Shown: positions 63,550 through 64,000 of the stretch, in pieces
Position numbering within the stretch: position 1 is the stretch's first letter
Layout: the number at the start of each line of letters is the position of its first letter
Virus record (IMG/VR): IMGVR_UViG_3300022074_000004
Length of the DNA stretch: 64,000 bases
Source of the DNA: a virus
Direction: 5' to 3' (one strand)
The notes under the pieces: generated by a model
Told to the model about the DNA's origin: nothing
Databases searched by the model: none
What the model saw: the letters and a program-made list of their open reading frames with translations, nothing else
Position numbers and translations under genes: made by a program

Positions 63550-63768
63550 ATGATCCAAACTATCAAAAAAATTTTCGAACCTACGATAAAATGGGATGAT
63601 GATAGTCTCATAGATTACATACTAGAGCTTGAAGATCGTATTGAAGTTTTAGAGGAAGAAAATCTAAATTTCAGATCCTCCATTTATGAAATGGAATCTA
63701 GATTAGAGACAAAAATTAATAATATTCATCCCGTTACATATAATATTCAAGGAGCAGATAATGTATGA
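63550..63768 (+). CDS. small coiled-coil hypothetical protein
   Basis: 72 aa; LELEDRIEVLEEEN heptads. Confidence 0.75.
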   Translation: MIQTIKKIFEPTIKWDDDSLIDYILELEDRIEVLEEENLNFRSSIYEMESRLETKINNIHPVTYNIQGADNV

Positions 63769-63955
63769 AGAGCTAAATTGCTTTGAAGAAGCACTTAAAC
63801 ACTTTGGAACTCGTGTTGAAATTATTACTGCCATGGAAATGGCAAGAAAACTTTCTGCTGAGGAAGCTTATCAAATGATCAAAGATGAGCTTAGAGAGGT
63901 AAAAAAGTGTCGTAAAGAGTTCAAGAAAAATGATCCAAATACATTGTTTGGTTGA
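63761..63955 (+). CDS. small hypothetical phage protein (MYEELNCFEEALKHFGTRVE...AYQMIK)
   Basis: 64 aa, RBS AAGGAG. Confidence 0.8.
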   Translation: MYEELNCFEEALKHFGTRVEIITAMEMARKLSAEEAYQMIKDELREVKKCRKEFKKNDPNTLFG

Positions 63956-63972
63956 CCATTGTATGCTATAAT
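63944..63972 (+). promoter_or_regulatory. sigma70-like extended -10 promoter TTGTTT-17-(TGc)TATAAT
   Basis: TGCTATAAT at 63964-63972, then RBS AGGAGAGG and ATG 63991. Confidence 0.6.
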
Positions 63973-63990
63973 AATCAAGGAGAGGAAAAT

Positions 63991-64000
63991 ATGTCGATGC
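63991..64000 (+). CDS. start of a gene truncated by the window end
   Basis: Strong RBS plus ATG only. Confidence 0.45.

Noticed and set aside
63952-63972. TTGACC as the -35 for TATAAT at 63967
   Set aside because: Spacer is only 9 nt; the extended -10 with TTGTTT at 63944 fits better

Overview
A 64 kb stretch of a large T4-like marine phage genome, most likely a cyanomyovirus. The taxon is inferred from recurring (T)ATAAATA/CTAAATA late-promoter boxes, a cUUCGg terminator, 2OG-Fe(II) oxygenases and cyanophage-type structural proteins. All credible genes are on the + strand. The window is almost entirely a tail-fibre/virion-adhesin module. It opens with glycine-rich fibre genes interleaved with two sulfotransferases and three 2OG-Fe(II) hydroxylases (1-9.4 kb). 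A chain of fibre/adaptor genes follows (9.4-17 kb), then giant proteins of 3720 aa (with S74 chaperone), 769 aa, 6098 aa, 3395 aa and 1013 aa. It ends with small hypothetical ORFs behind sigma70-like promoters. Main signals: (i) the 6098- and 3395-aa proteins appear to be built by nested, in-frame domain insertion, and many inserts are bounded by short in-frame direct repeats resembling insertion footprints; (ii) successive fibre genes appear to be joined by several distinct C-terminal socket / terminal plug motif pairs; (iii) hydroxylase/sulfotransferase genes sit among collagen-like and Gly-rich fibre genes, suggesting virion modification; (iv) two fibre-gene leaders carry candidate cis-regulatory structures. 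All domain calls come from motif recognition by eye; no database searches were run.
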